From: a bacterium
GTDB taxonomy: Bacteria > JAAXHH01
DNA length: 64,000 nt
Direction of reading: 5' to 3'
Assembly (NCBI GenBank): GCA_965202605.1
Contig: OZ241838.1
Location: 815,817 to 879,816, forward strand
Made by a program: the position numbers and the translations under genes. The number at the start of each line of letters is the position of its first letter. Positions within the stretch are counted from its first letter, which is position 1. The notes under the pieces were generated by a model. That model had not been told where the DNA came from. It ran no database searches and saw only the letters and a program-made list of their open reading frames with translations. Below are positions 45,303 to 54,188 of this stretch, piece by piece.

Positions 45303-46400
45303 ATGGCGATGCGGATACTTGTCGTTCGAACGGACCGTATCGGCGACGTCCTGCTTTCCACGCCCGTGCTCAGCGTGTTGCGGGAGCAGGCCGCCGACTG
45401 CCATATCGCCGCGCTCGTATCCCCCTACGCCGCCGGCGCCATCGAGGGTCATCCGGCCCTGGACGAGACTATCGTCGACGAGCGCTCCGGCCGGCACGGC
45501 GGCCCGATGGGTTTCCTCCGCCTGGTCGGCGACCTGCGCGCGCGGCGGTTCGACGCGGTCCTGGTCCTGCATCCCACGGCAAGGCTGGCCCTGGCCTGCC
45601 GCGTCGCCGGCATTCCGGTAAGGATAGGAACGGGCTACCGGGCGTATGGGTTTCTATTCAACCGCAAGGTATACGAACATCGGCGGGATGCGCGCAGGCA
45701 CGAAGTGGAATACAATCTGTCCCTGGCGCGTGCACTCTTCGGCCAGGCTGGTGAGGCCGCCCCGGAGATCCACGTGCCCGAAGCGGCCACGCGCGCCGTG
45801 GCGCGCCGCCTGCGCCAGTGGCGCGTGCCGCCGGACGGTCCGCTGGTCCTGCTGCATCCCGGCAGCGGCGGATCGGCAAGGGACTGGCCCGCGGAATGTT
45901 TCGCGGAACTGGCGGAGCGGCTTTCCCGTGGCGGCGTCCGCGTAGTCGTTACAGGGTCGGCCGATGAACGGGACCTGGTCGGCCGGGTCGCCGGTTCGCT
46001 GCCGGAGTCGGTCATACGGATCGCGGGAGAGTTCGACATCAAGGAACTGGCGGCGCTGCTCCGGGCCGCCTCGCTCTGCGTCACGAACAGTACCGGTCCC
46101 CTGCACGTCGCCGCGGCGGTGGGCACGCCCACCGTGGCGCTGTTCTGTCCCATAAAGCCGTGCAGCCCGGTACGCTGGGGCCCCTTCGGCGGAGATCATG
46201 ATGTCCTGATGCCGGAGGTGCCGGACTGCCCGGCCGGCCACCGGTGCGTCGGGACCGCCTGCCCGTACTTCGACTGCATGGAGCGCATTTCCGTCGACGA
46301 CGCATACGAGGCCGTTCGCGGCCGGTTGCTGGCCAGACATCCCGAGACCGCCGGCATCCTGGAGGGTAAGGGCGGACCGGATTCGACATCAAAGGACTGA
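45303..46400 (+). CDS. Glycosyltransferase family 9 (LPS heptosyltransferase-like)
   Basis: ILVVRTDRIGDVLLSTP is the GT9 N-terminus. The C-terminal segment is TNSTGPLHVAAAVGTPTVALF. Confidence 0.9.
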   Translation: MAMRILVVRTDRIGDVLLSTPVLSVLREQAADCHIAALVSPYAAGAIEGHPALDETIVDERSGRHGGPMGFLRLVGDLRARRFDAVLVLHPTARLALACRVAGIPVRIGTGYRAYGFLFNRKVYEHRRDARRHEVEYNLSLARALFGQAGEAAPEIHVPEAATRAVARRLRQWRVPPDGPLVLLHPGSGGSARDWPAECFAELAERLSRGGVRVVVTGSADERDLVGRVAGSLPESVIRIAGEFDIKELAALLRAASLCVTNSTGPLHVAAAVGTPTVALFCPIKPCSPVRWGPFGGDHDVLMPEVPDCPAGHRCVGTACPYFDCMERISVDDAYEAVRGRLLARHPETAGILEGKGGPDSTSKD

Positions 46401-46419
46401 ATAACATCGGGAGACTTTC

Positions 46420-48099
46420 TTGCCAGACCTTCAGAACCCACTGATCGTACAGAGCGACCGGACCATCCTGGTCGAAGTGGACCATCCGCGCTACGAGGAC
46501 GCCAGGGACGCGCTGGCCCGTTTCGCGGAACTGGAAAAGTCCCCGGAACACATCCACGTTTACCGGCTGAGTCCCCTGTCCCTGTGGAACGCCGCCTCGG
46601 CGGGCATGGATGCGGGCGGCGTACTCGAATCGCTCGAAAGCCTCAGCAAATACGAGATACCCCAGAACATCCGCCGCGAGATCATCGATTTCATCGCCCG
46701 TTACGGGCAGCTCCGGCTGCGCAGGCGGGAAGGCAGGCTGATCCTCGAGTCCGACGATGCCGCCCTGATCGCGGAAGTTTCCGGCCTGCCCTCGGTCAAG
46801 CAGTTCCTCGCCCAGCCCCTGGACGAGCGCAGGGTGCAGGTGGGAGACCGGTTCCGCGGGCACGTTAAGCAGGCCCTGATCAAGGTCGGCTTTCCCGTGG
46901 AAGACCTGGCGGGATACGTGGAAGGCGCCCCGCTGGAGATCAATCTGCGCACGTCGCCCGGTGCGCGGAAATCCTTCACCATGCGGGACTACCAGCTGGA
47001 CGCCGTCGGCGCGTTCCACATGAACGGCGAACCGCAGGGAGGCAACGGGGTCATCGTGCTGCCCTGCGGGGCGGGGAAGACTATCGTGGCCCTCGGCGCC
47101 ATGGCGGCCCTGAAATGCCACACCCTCGTGCTGACCGCCAACACGGTGGCGCTGCGCCAGTGGCGGGAGGAGTTGCTCGAGAAGACCTCGCTGTCGGAAG
47201 AGCATATCGGCGAGTATTCCGGTGAGACGAAGCAGATCCGGCCCGTGACGCTGGCCACGTACCAGATCCTGACCTATCGGAAAAGCAGGGGGGACGAATT
47301 CGAGCATTTCGGCCTCTTCGACCAGAAGGGCTGGGGCCTCATCATCTACGACGAGGTACACTTGCTCCCGGCCCCCGTTTTTCGCTACACGGCCGAGATA
47401 CAGGCCCGAAGGCGGCTCGGGCTGACGGCGACGCTGGTGCGTGAAGACGGCCGCGAGGACGACGTCTTCAGCCTGATCGGTCCCCGCAGATACGACATGC
47501 CGTGGAAACTGCTCGAGCGGCAGGGCTGGATCGCCGAAGCGTACTGCCGCGAAATCCGGGTCGACCTGCCCGAAGCCCGGCGCATGACCTACGCCGTGGC
47601 CAATCGCCGGGAGAAGTTCAGAATCGCCTCTGAAAACAGCCGGAAGACGGAGATCATCCGCGCCCTGCTGGAACAACACCCCTCGGACCAGGTCCTGATC
47701 ATCGGACTGTACGTGAGACAGCTCAAGCAGATCGCCGCGTTGTTCGAGTTTCCCCTGATCACCGGCAGTACGCCCCTGCAGGCTCGCCTGGACCTGTATG
47801 CCAGGTTCAGGAGCGGCGAGCTCAAGCGTCTCGTGGTGTCCAAGGTCGCCAACTTCGCCATCGATCTGCCCGACGCCAACGTGGCGATCCAGATATCGGG
47901 CACCTTCGGGTCCCGCCAGGAGGAGGCCCAGCGCCTGGGACGGATACTCCGGCCCAAGGCGGACGGCTCCGCCGCGATATTCTATTCGCTCATCACCCGG
48001 AACACCCTGGATCAGGACTATGCCGTGAACCGGCAGTTGTTTCTTACGGAACAGGGCTACCAGTATACGATCCATGACGTGAGCGAGATGCGGGCATGA
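46420..48099 (+). CDS. XPB/ERCC3(Ssl2)-like SF2 DNA helicase
   Basis: An XPB-type N-terminal damage-recognition-like domain is followed by Walker A (LPCGAGKT) and a DEVH box (IIYDEVH), then a helicase C domain. The product is 559 aa. Confidence 0.85.
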   Translation: MPDLQNPLIVQSDRTILVEVDHPRYEDARDALARFAELEKSPEHIHVYRLSPLSLWNAASAGMDAGGVLESLESLSKYEIPQNIRREIIDFIARYGQLRLRRREGRLILESDDAALIAEVSGLPSVKQFLAQPLDERRVQVGDRFRGHVKQALIKVGFPVEDLAGYVEGAPLEINLRTSPGARKSFTMRDYQLDAVGAFHMNGEPQGGNGVIVLPCGAGKTIVALGAMAALKCHTLVLTANTVALRQWREELLEKTSLSEEHIGEYSGETKQIRPVTLATYQILTYRKSRGDEFEHFGLFDQKGWGLIIYDEVHLLPAPVFRYTAEIQARRRLGLTATLVREDGREDDVFSLIGPRRYDMPWKLLERQGWIAEAYCREIRVDLPEARRMTYAVANRREKFRIASENSRKTEIIRALLEQHPSDQVLIIGLYVRQLKQIAALFEFPLITGSTPLQARLDLYARFRSGELKRLVVSKVANFAIDLPDANVAIQISGTFGSRQEEAQRLGRILRPKADGSAAIFYSLITRNTLDQDYAVNRQLFLTEQGYQYTIHDVSEMRA

Positions 48100-48142
48100 C
48101 GGGCCGCAGACATGACGGGTCGCAGGCATGACGGGCCGATTG
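48095..48142. repeat. 16-bp tandem repeat (CATGACGGGYCGCAGR), 3 copies, starting within the XPB stop codon
   Basis: catgacgggccgcaga, catgacgggtcgcagg and catgacgggccgattg follow in sequence. Confidence 0.85.
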
Positions 48143-48168
48143 ACATCCCGATGCCGAAACTCTATATT
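48140..48168 (+). promoter_or_regulatory. Strong sigma70-like promoter candidate (TTGACA-17-TATATT) upstream of the ECF sigma factor gene
   Basis: TTGACA lies at 48140-48145, followed by a 17-nt spacer and TATATT at 48163-48168. Confidence 0.5.
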
Positions 48169-48264
48169 CTCCAATGAGGGTTGTGGACCGTTTTCAACCC
48201 GGGCGTGGTGGATACCTGGCGCTTTTTTCTGAAACCGTACCCTCCGCGCGGCGTATAACGTGGC

Positions 48265-48927
48265 ATGGGAGAAACGGCTATGTCTGAAAACACCTCTGTA
48301 AACGCGGTACAGGTGTCCGATATCGAGTCGGGCGTATTCGATGAGTTGACTGTGTCGGATGAAATGCTTTTCCACCGCGTACAGCAGGAAGACGTGCGCG
48401 CTTTCGAGGTGATCGTCGGGAGGTACCGGACCAGACTGTACAACTGCGTCTACCGCATGGTCCATAACACGGAATGCGCGGAAGACCTCGTACAGGAGAC
48501 CTTTCTCAGGGTGTACCGGAACCGCCACAACTACAAGGCAATCTCCAATCTGTCCACGTGGATTTACACGATCGCGCTCAATCTGGCCCGGAGCGAGTTG
48601 CGCAAGCGCAAACGCCGCCAGTTTTTCTCCCTGAACGCGTCGCCCCACGAGAACAGTTCGAGGGAAGGGATCGATCTGCCCGACCTGAACGCCGGACCCT
48701 GTGATCATCTCGAGCAGAACGAACTGGGCCGGGCCATTCAGCACGCGATCGATCAGCTCCCGGAGAAGTACAAGTCCGTGATCGTTTTGCGCGACATCGA
48801 AGAACTGTCCTATGAGGAGATTGGCGAAATCCTCCGCTGTCCGACGGGGACCGTCAAGTCGAGGGTAAACCGCGGGCGGCTCAGATTGCAGGAAATGCTG
48901 AGACAGTGGCAGGTAGAGATACTTTAA
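48265..48927 (+). CDS. RNA polymerase sigma-70 factor, ECF subfamily
   Basis: Region 2 is DLVQETFLRVYRN. The region-4 HTH is SYEEIGEILRCPTGTVKSRVNRGR. The product is 220 aa. Confidence 0.9.
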   Translation: MGETAMSENTSVNAVQVSDIESGVFDELTVSDEMLFHRVQQEDVRAFEVIVGRYRTRLYNCVYRMVHNTECAEDLVQETFLRVYRNRHNYKAISNLSTWIYTIALNLARSELRKRKRRQFFSLNASPHENSSREGIDLPDLNAGPCDHLEQNELGRAIQHAIDQLPEKYKSVIVLRDIEELSYEEIGEILRCPTGTVKSRVNRGRLRLQEMLRQWQVEIL

Positions 48928-48944
48928 AGAGGAGGAAGGTCGTT

Positions 48945-49823
48945 TTGAATTGCAGTGGTTACGAGCGCCAGATGTCGGACTACCTCGATGGTCGGTTATC
49001 CAGGGCAAACGAAGATGCACTGCGATTTCACCTGAACGGATGTCCCCGATGCCGGCTCAAGATCAAAGACATGGAAAGTGCCATCCGTGCGGTAAAGAGT
49101 CTTGCCCCCGCAACCCCTGAACCGGAATTCGACTACCGGCTCGGCAGCCGGCTGACAAAGGAAATCGCCCGTGAGCTGTACACTGCTTCCTGGTGGCGGC
49201 GCGTCATGGAGGCCTTTTCCGAACTGGGCGAACTGAGCCGGCAGCGTCCCGTTCAACTGGTATTTGCGACCAGCCTGATCCTGACCATAACCGTGATCGG
49301 TGGATTCGCGGGCCTGATCAGTCCTTCGGAACGGCCCGGCTCGTCTCCCGGCCCCTCCACGGCCCTTACCCTGCCGACGCCCTTCGAACCCGAACTCGCC
49401 CCGCCGGATCCGATTTCACCCTTTCCCCGTGACCGTGGGTTCGCGCCGAACCTGGCGGTAAAACCCGTGCCGGACGTAGAACAGACAACGAATTTCCCCT
49501 CTCCGACAGCAACCCGTCTCTCTTTTACCTCATCCCGAATTCCCGGTGACGGCCCGGGCGTCATGACGGTTCAAACCATGGAACCCACGGTCCAGGGGAT
49601 CCGATCCGTTTCGTCAGGCACGGGCATGCCCCTCGATCCGTCCCTGTTCACCGAGTCCTTCGGTGGGGAACTGGTTACAAACGGCGGCACGGGCCAATCG
49701 GAACCGGGAGAGCGTCCGTTGCAGGTCGGTACCGCCGAGATGAGCGGCCTGCGTAGTACAAGCGGTCAGTCTGGACCGACCGGTCCGCCTGCCCCGATCA
49801 GACGCATCCGAATCTCGTTCTAG
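48945..49823 (+). CDS. Anti-sigma factor with a zf-HC2 zinc-finger N-terminus, one TM helix and a Pro-rich periplasmic tail
   Basis: MNCSGYERQMSDYLDGRLS...HLNGCPRCR uses a TTG start 8 nt after an AGGAGGAAGG ribosome-binding site. The TM helix is LVFATSLILTITVIGGFAGLI. Confidence 0.7.
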   Translation: MNCSGYERQMSDYLDGRLSRANEDALRFHLNGCPRCRLKIKDMESAIRAVKSLAPATPEPEFDYRLGSRLTKEIARELYTASWWRRVMEAFSELGELSRQRPVQLVFATSLILTITVIGGFAGLISPSERPGSSPGPSTALTLPTPFEPELAPPDPISPFPRDRGFAPNLAVKPVPDVEQTTNFPSPTATRLSFTSSRIPGDGPGVMTVQTMEPTVQGIRSVSSGTGMPLDPSLFTESFGGELVTNGGTGQSEPGERPLQVGTAEMSGLRSTSGQSGPTGPPAPIRRIRISF

Positions 49824-49829
49824 ACAGAC

Positions 49830-51128
49830 ATGCATGATTCTCAACCCAACCGCACCGGGACCGAACGCTTCCGTCCCGTGATATGCGCCGCGCTGCTTGC
49901 CTGCCTCTGGCACCTGGACTCCGCTTCCAGTGCTTACGCCCAGTCCGCCACCTTCCTGCATAACCTCGAGAAAGAGGTCGTCAGCCTCGTGGAACGCGTG
50001 GAGCCCGCGGTCGCCAGCGTAATCGTGCAGCGGAAGTTCAACCATTCGGTGAACGGACAGACCTTCACGGACTGGGAACGCTCCATTGGAACCGGCGTGG
50101 TCCTCCACAGAGACGGTTATATCATCACGACGGCCGGGGTCGTGGACCATGCCCACGATATCCTGGTGAATTTTCAAGATGGCCGGTACCGTCTCGGCGA
50201 ACTCGTCGGCGTCGACCTGCTTTCGAATATCGCCGTGATCCGGGTGGACAGCGTGTCGGTCCATCCTGCGCGCCTCGGCGATTCCGATGACGCGAATCCG
50301 GGGTCCTGGGTGCTGGTGATGAACAATGCCCATGGGTTTCCGTCTTCGATGACGACGGGAATCGTCAACGGCGTACGGGAAGAAGACGTCATGATGCAGG
50401 TCAGCGCCGTGGTCAGAGGAGATTTCTCCGGCGGCGCCGTGTTTTCCACGAACGGCCGCCTGCTGGGTCTCGTAGCCGCCCCCCAACGGGATCGGCCCCC
50501 TGTATCGGATAGTGTGCGGGAAGCCGCGGGCGTGATTTCGGTTATACCCATAAACCGCGTAAAGACCTTCGCCCGCCAGCTCATCGAACATGGTGAAGTC
50601 CGCCGAAGCTGGCTGGGCGTATACGTGGAGAAGATCTGGGACAGCATCAGCGTCGGCGGCAACCGAAACATCGTGCTGGGCGCCGGCGAAGGCATGGAAG
50701 TTACCGACGTGAGTCCCGACAGCCCCGCCATGAAAGCCGGTCTTCGCAGGGGGGACGTACTGCGGGCCGTGAACGGCGTTCCCATGAACCACCCCATCAT
50801 CCTGGCCGAATTCGTGACCTCGCTTCCCGCCGGTTCCCGGATCGAAATCAAGTACCTGCGGGGGGGTACGGAAAATACCGTGCACACGGTCCTGGCAGCT
50901 CAGCCGAAACCGCTCGATTCACCCGCCCCGCCCCTGTTGGTCGAAGATGGTACGGAGGCCCCGCTCTCCCGGGAAGATCCCCGTCTTATCCAGCAGATGA
51001 TCATGGAACACGAAAAGGAACTCGCGGCTCACCGGCTCAAGTTGAATCAGCTCAAGAGGCTGCTGGATGAGCGCCTGCGGCAGATCGGCCCGCGCGCCGC
51101 GGCCCTGCCCGGCGACGACGGTTTCTGA
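49830..51128 (+). CDS. Trypsin-like serine protease with a PDZ domain (DegP/HtrA-like)
   Basis: The catalytic-triad context is H (VDHAHDILV), D (DLLSNIAVIRVD) and S (GDFSGGAVF). The PDZ segment is GLRRGDVLRAVNGVPMN. A signal peptide is present. Confidence 0.85.
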   Translation: MHDSQPNRTGTERFRPVICAALLACLWHLDSASSAYAQSATFLHNLEKEVVSLVERVEPAVASVIVQRKFNHSVNGQTFTDWERSIGTGVVLHRDGYIITTAGVVDHAHDILVNFQDGRYRLGELVGVDLLSNIAVIRVDSVSVHPARLGDSDDANPGSWVLVMNNAHGFPSSMTTGIVNGVREEDVMMQVSAVVRGDFSGGAVFSTNGRLLGLVAAPQRDRPPVSDSVREAAGVISVIPINRVKTFARQLIEHGEVRRSWLGVYVEKIWDSISVGGNRNIVLGAGEGMEVTDVSPDSPAMKAGLRRGDVLRAVNGVPMNHPIILAEFVTSLPAGSRIEIKYLRGGTENTVHTVLAAQPKPLDSPAPPLLVEDGTEAPLSREDPRLIQQMIMEHEKELAAHRLKLNQLKRLLDERLRQIGPRAAALPGDDGF

Positions 51129-51288
51129 TCCTCCGGCCCGCCTGGCCGGCCACCAAACAGTGCTTGCCTGTCCGACCCCTCCGGATATACATTCACACCG
51201 CATCTGAACGACCTGTCTGAACGACCCGCGTTTTACGATACGCTGTCGATGTCCACCGTAACAGCTGGGTACAATCTGGAGAATCCGC

Positions 51289-52278
51289 ATGGAATACCAA
51301 AAACTCGGTCGCACCGATACGTCGCTCAGCTTCATCGGCCTGGGCTGCGTAACATTCGGCCGGGAGATCGACGAGGACGCTTCTGTCGCCATTCTGGACT
51401 ATGCAGCCGAAAAGGGTCTCAACTGGCTCGATACGGCCGAGGGGTACGGAGGCGGCAATGCCCGGACATACCGGCGAGACGTGCTGAAGGTCGATGATGT
51501 GCGCGAGACCTCGGATATCATGGGTTCTTCTGAAATCATCATTGGAGCCTGGATGAAGGCTCGGGGCTGCAGGGACGACGTGGTGATCTGTTCCAAGGTG
51601 AGCAGCGGCAACAAACCGGAAAACATCGCCCGGGCGCTCCAGGTCAGTCTCGAGCGGCTGCAGGTGGACTGCGTGGACATTTACGAACTGCATTCTCCCG
51701 ACGACGCGGTTCCCATAGACGAAAGCCTGGCCGTGCTGGACGAGGCGGTGGCCGCCGGTAAGATCAAAACCGTGGGCTGCAGCAATTTCAACGCCGCGCA
51801 GCTCCAGGAAGCACTGGCGGCCTCCGCGCGGCACGGCTACGCCCGTTTCGAGGTGATCCAGCCGCCCTACAACCTGGCCGACCCCGGCGCGCAGGACCAA
51901 CTCTTTCCCCTGTGCCGGCGGGAGGAGGTGGCCGTCACGTCCTACAGTCCGCTCGCCGCGGGTTTCCTGGCGGGGAAATACACGCCGGACCGAAACGCCT
52001 TTCCGAAGGGCTCGCGGTTCGACGTGATACCCGGTCACGCGGACATCTATTTCAACGACCGGAACTTCCGGAACGTGGAGCGGCTGCGGTCCCTCGCCGA
52101 TTCCAGGGGACTTCCCATGGTGCGTCTGGCCATGGCCTGGGCCATGGGGCATCCGGATATCACGTCGGTCATAGTCGGCGCCCGGAATACCGGCCATCTC
52201 GACAACGCCTTCGAAGCCCTCGCCCTGAGGGCGGACACGGGTCTGCGTGATGAGATGTCGAGCTGGTTGACGGACTGA
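51289..52278 (+). CDS. Aldo/keto reductase
   Basis: The 329-aa product has AKR segments: LGLGCVTFG, DTAEGYGGG and IVGARN. Confidence 0.9.
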   Translation: MEYQKLGRTDTSLSFIGLGCVTFGREIDEDASVAILDYAAEKGLNWLDTAEGYGGGNARTYRRDVLKVDDVRETSDIMGSSEIIIGAWMKARGCRDDVVICSKVSSGNKPENIARALQVSLERLQVDCVDIYELHSPDDAVPIDESLAVLDEAVAAGKIKTVGCSNFNAAQLQEALAASARHGYARFEVIQPPYNLADPGAQDQLFPLCRREEVAVTSYSPLAAGFLAGKYTPDRNAFPKGSRFDVIPGHADIYFNDRNFRNVERLRSLADSRGLPMVRLAMAWAMGHPDITSVIVGARNTGHLDNAFEALALRADTGLRDEMSSWLTD

Positions 52279-52326
52279 ACAGCACCCGTGGCGGTGCGAT
52301 AACTACGATCTTGAGAGGGGGGTTCC

Positions 52327-53442
52327 GTGGGGCTGGATCCAGTTGAAATGACGAGGGAATTCGTGGACGTGAAGTCCGTCAGCCGGTGGAGCAACGCCGC
52401 CATATCCGACCTGGTCGAAGACCGGATGAAGGCGTGCGGGCTCGAAGTGGAACGGCTGTCCTACGAAGATGAAAACGGCGAGTTGAAAGTCAGCCTCGTC
52501 GGACGCAAGGGCGAAGGCGAAGGCGGCCTGGCCTTCCTGTCCCATACGGACACGGTGCCGGGGCAGGAGCAGGACTGGGACGCCTATCACGGCGTGGTCG
52601 ACGGCGATCGGCTGCTGGGCCGGGGCAGCTGCGACATGAAGGGACCCCTGGCATGCACCATGATCGCCGCCGCGCGGGTGGATGCGGACAGTCTGAAGAA
52701 GCCGTTGATCGTCGTGGCGACGGCCGATGAAGAGGTGGGCGGCGGCGGAGCGCATCAGGTCGCCACGGAATCCGGTATCATGAACTCCACTCGTCCGGAC
52801 TACGGCGTGGTGGCCGAGCCGACCAGCCTGACGCCGGTGTACGCCCACAAGGGCGCGGCCCACGTCGTGGTGACGGCCCACGGCCGGGCGGCCCACACCA
52901 GTACGGGCCTGGGGGAATCCGCAAATTTCAAGATCGCCCCGTTCCTGGCCGAAATGGCCGAAATGGCGGAGCGGATCAAAGAGGATGAGCGGTTCCTGAA
53001 CCCGGAGTTCAATCCACCTTCCAACGGATTCAACATGGTGATCACCGACTACGACACGAAGCAGAATGTCTCGGCGGCGCGGTCTACCTGTCACGTCTGT
53101 TTCCGCACGATGCCGGACGATCACAGTGAAGAACTGGTGAAAGAGCTGGTTTCCCGGGCCGAAAGCTACGGGTTCGAGGTCACGAGTACCATATCCCGTC
53201 CCTTCTACGCCGATCCTTCGAACCCCATCGTCCGACTGGCGTCCGAAGTCACCGGCGGCAAGCGGCCGGAAACCGTGCCCTACGGGACGGACGCTCCCCA
53301 TTTCAGGGAGCAACTGGAGATGGTGGTCCTGGGCCCCGGCAGCATCGAACGCGCCCACACGGTGGGCGAATACGTGGAAATACCGCAGCTTTACGAAGCG
53401 GTGGACATCTACTCACGCATGATTCACGAAGTTTGCTTATAG
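52327..53442 (+). CDS. M20-family metallopeptidase (ArgE/DapE-like deacylase)
   Basis: LSHTDTVP and GRGSCDMKG are M20 metal-binding motifs. The gene has a GTG start. The product is 371 aa. Confidence 0.85.
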   Translation: MGLDPVEMTREFVDVKSVSRWSNAAISDLVEDRMKACGLEVERLSYEDENGELKVSLVGRKGEGEGGLAFLSHTDTVPGQEQDWDAYHGVVDGDRLLGRGSCDMKGPLACTMIAAARVDADSLKKPLIVVATADEEVGGGGAHQVATESGIMNSTRPDYGVVAEPTSLTPVYAHKGAAHVVVTAHGRAAHTSTGLGESANFKIAPFLAEMAEMAERIKEDERFLNPEFNPPSNGFNMVITDYDTKQNVSAARSTCHVCFRTMPDDHSEELVKELVSRAESYGFEVTSTISRPFYADPSNPIVRLASEVTGGKRPETVPYGTDAPHFREQLEMVVLGPGSIERAHTVGEYVEIPQLYEAVDIYSRMIHEVCL

Positions 53443-53452
53443 GAGTCGATCC

Positions 53453-54184
53453 ATGGCGGATTCCGCAGGTTACAGCGATACACCCGAAATACCCGGCGGC
53501 ACCTGGCGCGTCCACGATGGAGACCGGCCCCAGCCTCGCGTCGTCACGGCGGGAGGCGCTGCCGGGAGCCCGCCCTCGGACGCGGTCGTGCTGTTTGACG
53601 GATCGGACCTCGCCCAGTGGACCGGCCGGGATGGAGGCGCCGCCGCCTGGAAGGTGGAAAACGGTTACATGGAAGTCAACGGAACGGGAGATATCTCGAC
53701 CCGCGCGCACTTCGGCGACTGTCAGCTGCACCTGGAATGGGCCACGCCCGAAGAAGTGGTGGGAGACAGCCAGGGCCGGGGCAACAGCGGCGTGTTCCTG
53801 CTGGGGCTGTATGAAGTCCAGGTGCTGGACAGTTTCAACAACCGGACCTATGCCGACGGTTCCGCCTCGGCCATTTACGGGCAGTACCCTCCCCTGGTCA
53901 ATGCCAGCCGAGGACCGGGCGAATGGCAGAGCTACGATATCATCTTCGAGTCGCCATCGTGGGATGGTGACAGGCTGGTCGAGGGCGCGCACCTGACGGT
54001 CATCCATAATGGTGTCGTGGCGCACCACCGACAGCGGGCCGTCGGTCCCACCGGGCACAGGAACCTGGCGAACTACGACACGCCCCACGCCGTGACGGGC
54101 CCCCTGCAGCTTCAGGATCACGGCAATCCCGTCCGGTTCCGCAACATCTGGGTGAGACGTCTTACCGCCTACGACGAATCCTGA
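53453..54184 (+). CDS. DUF1080 domain protein (3-keto-disaccharide hydrolase-like, concanavalin fold)
   Basis: GNSGVFLLGLYEVQVLDS...AIYGQYPPLVNASRGPGEWQSYDIIF is the DUF1080 signature. The product is 243 aa. Confidence 0.85.
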   Translation: MADSAGYSDTPEIPGGTWRVHDGDRPQPRVVTAGGAAGSPPSDAVVLFDGSDLAQWTGRDGGAAAWKVENGYMEVNGTGDISTRAHFGDCQLHLEWATPEEVVGDSQGRGNSGVFLLGLYEVQVLDSFNNRTYADGSASAIYGQYPPLVNASRGPGEWQSYDIIFESPSWDGDRLVEGAHLTVIHNGVVAHHRQRAVGPTGHRNLANYDTPHAVTGPLQLQDHGNPVRFRNIWVRRLTAYDES

Positions 54185-54188
54185 CGCT

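Noticed and set aside
46081-49020. 979-aa minus-strand ORF spanning the XPB helicase, sigma and anti-sigma genes
   Set aside because: It is antisense to three well-supported plus-strand genes and is a low-complexity Arg/Gly/Pro-rich translation. It is a spurious high-GC ORF.
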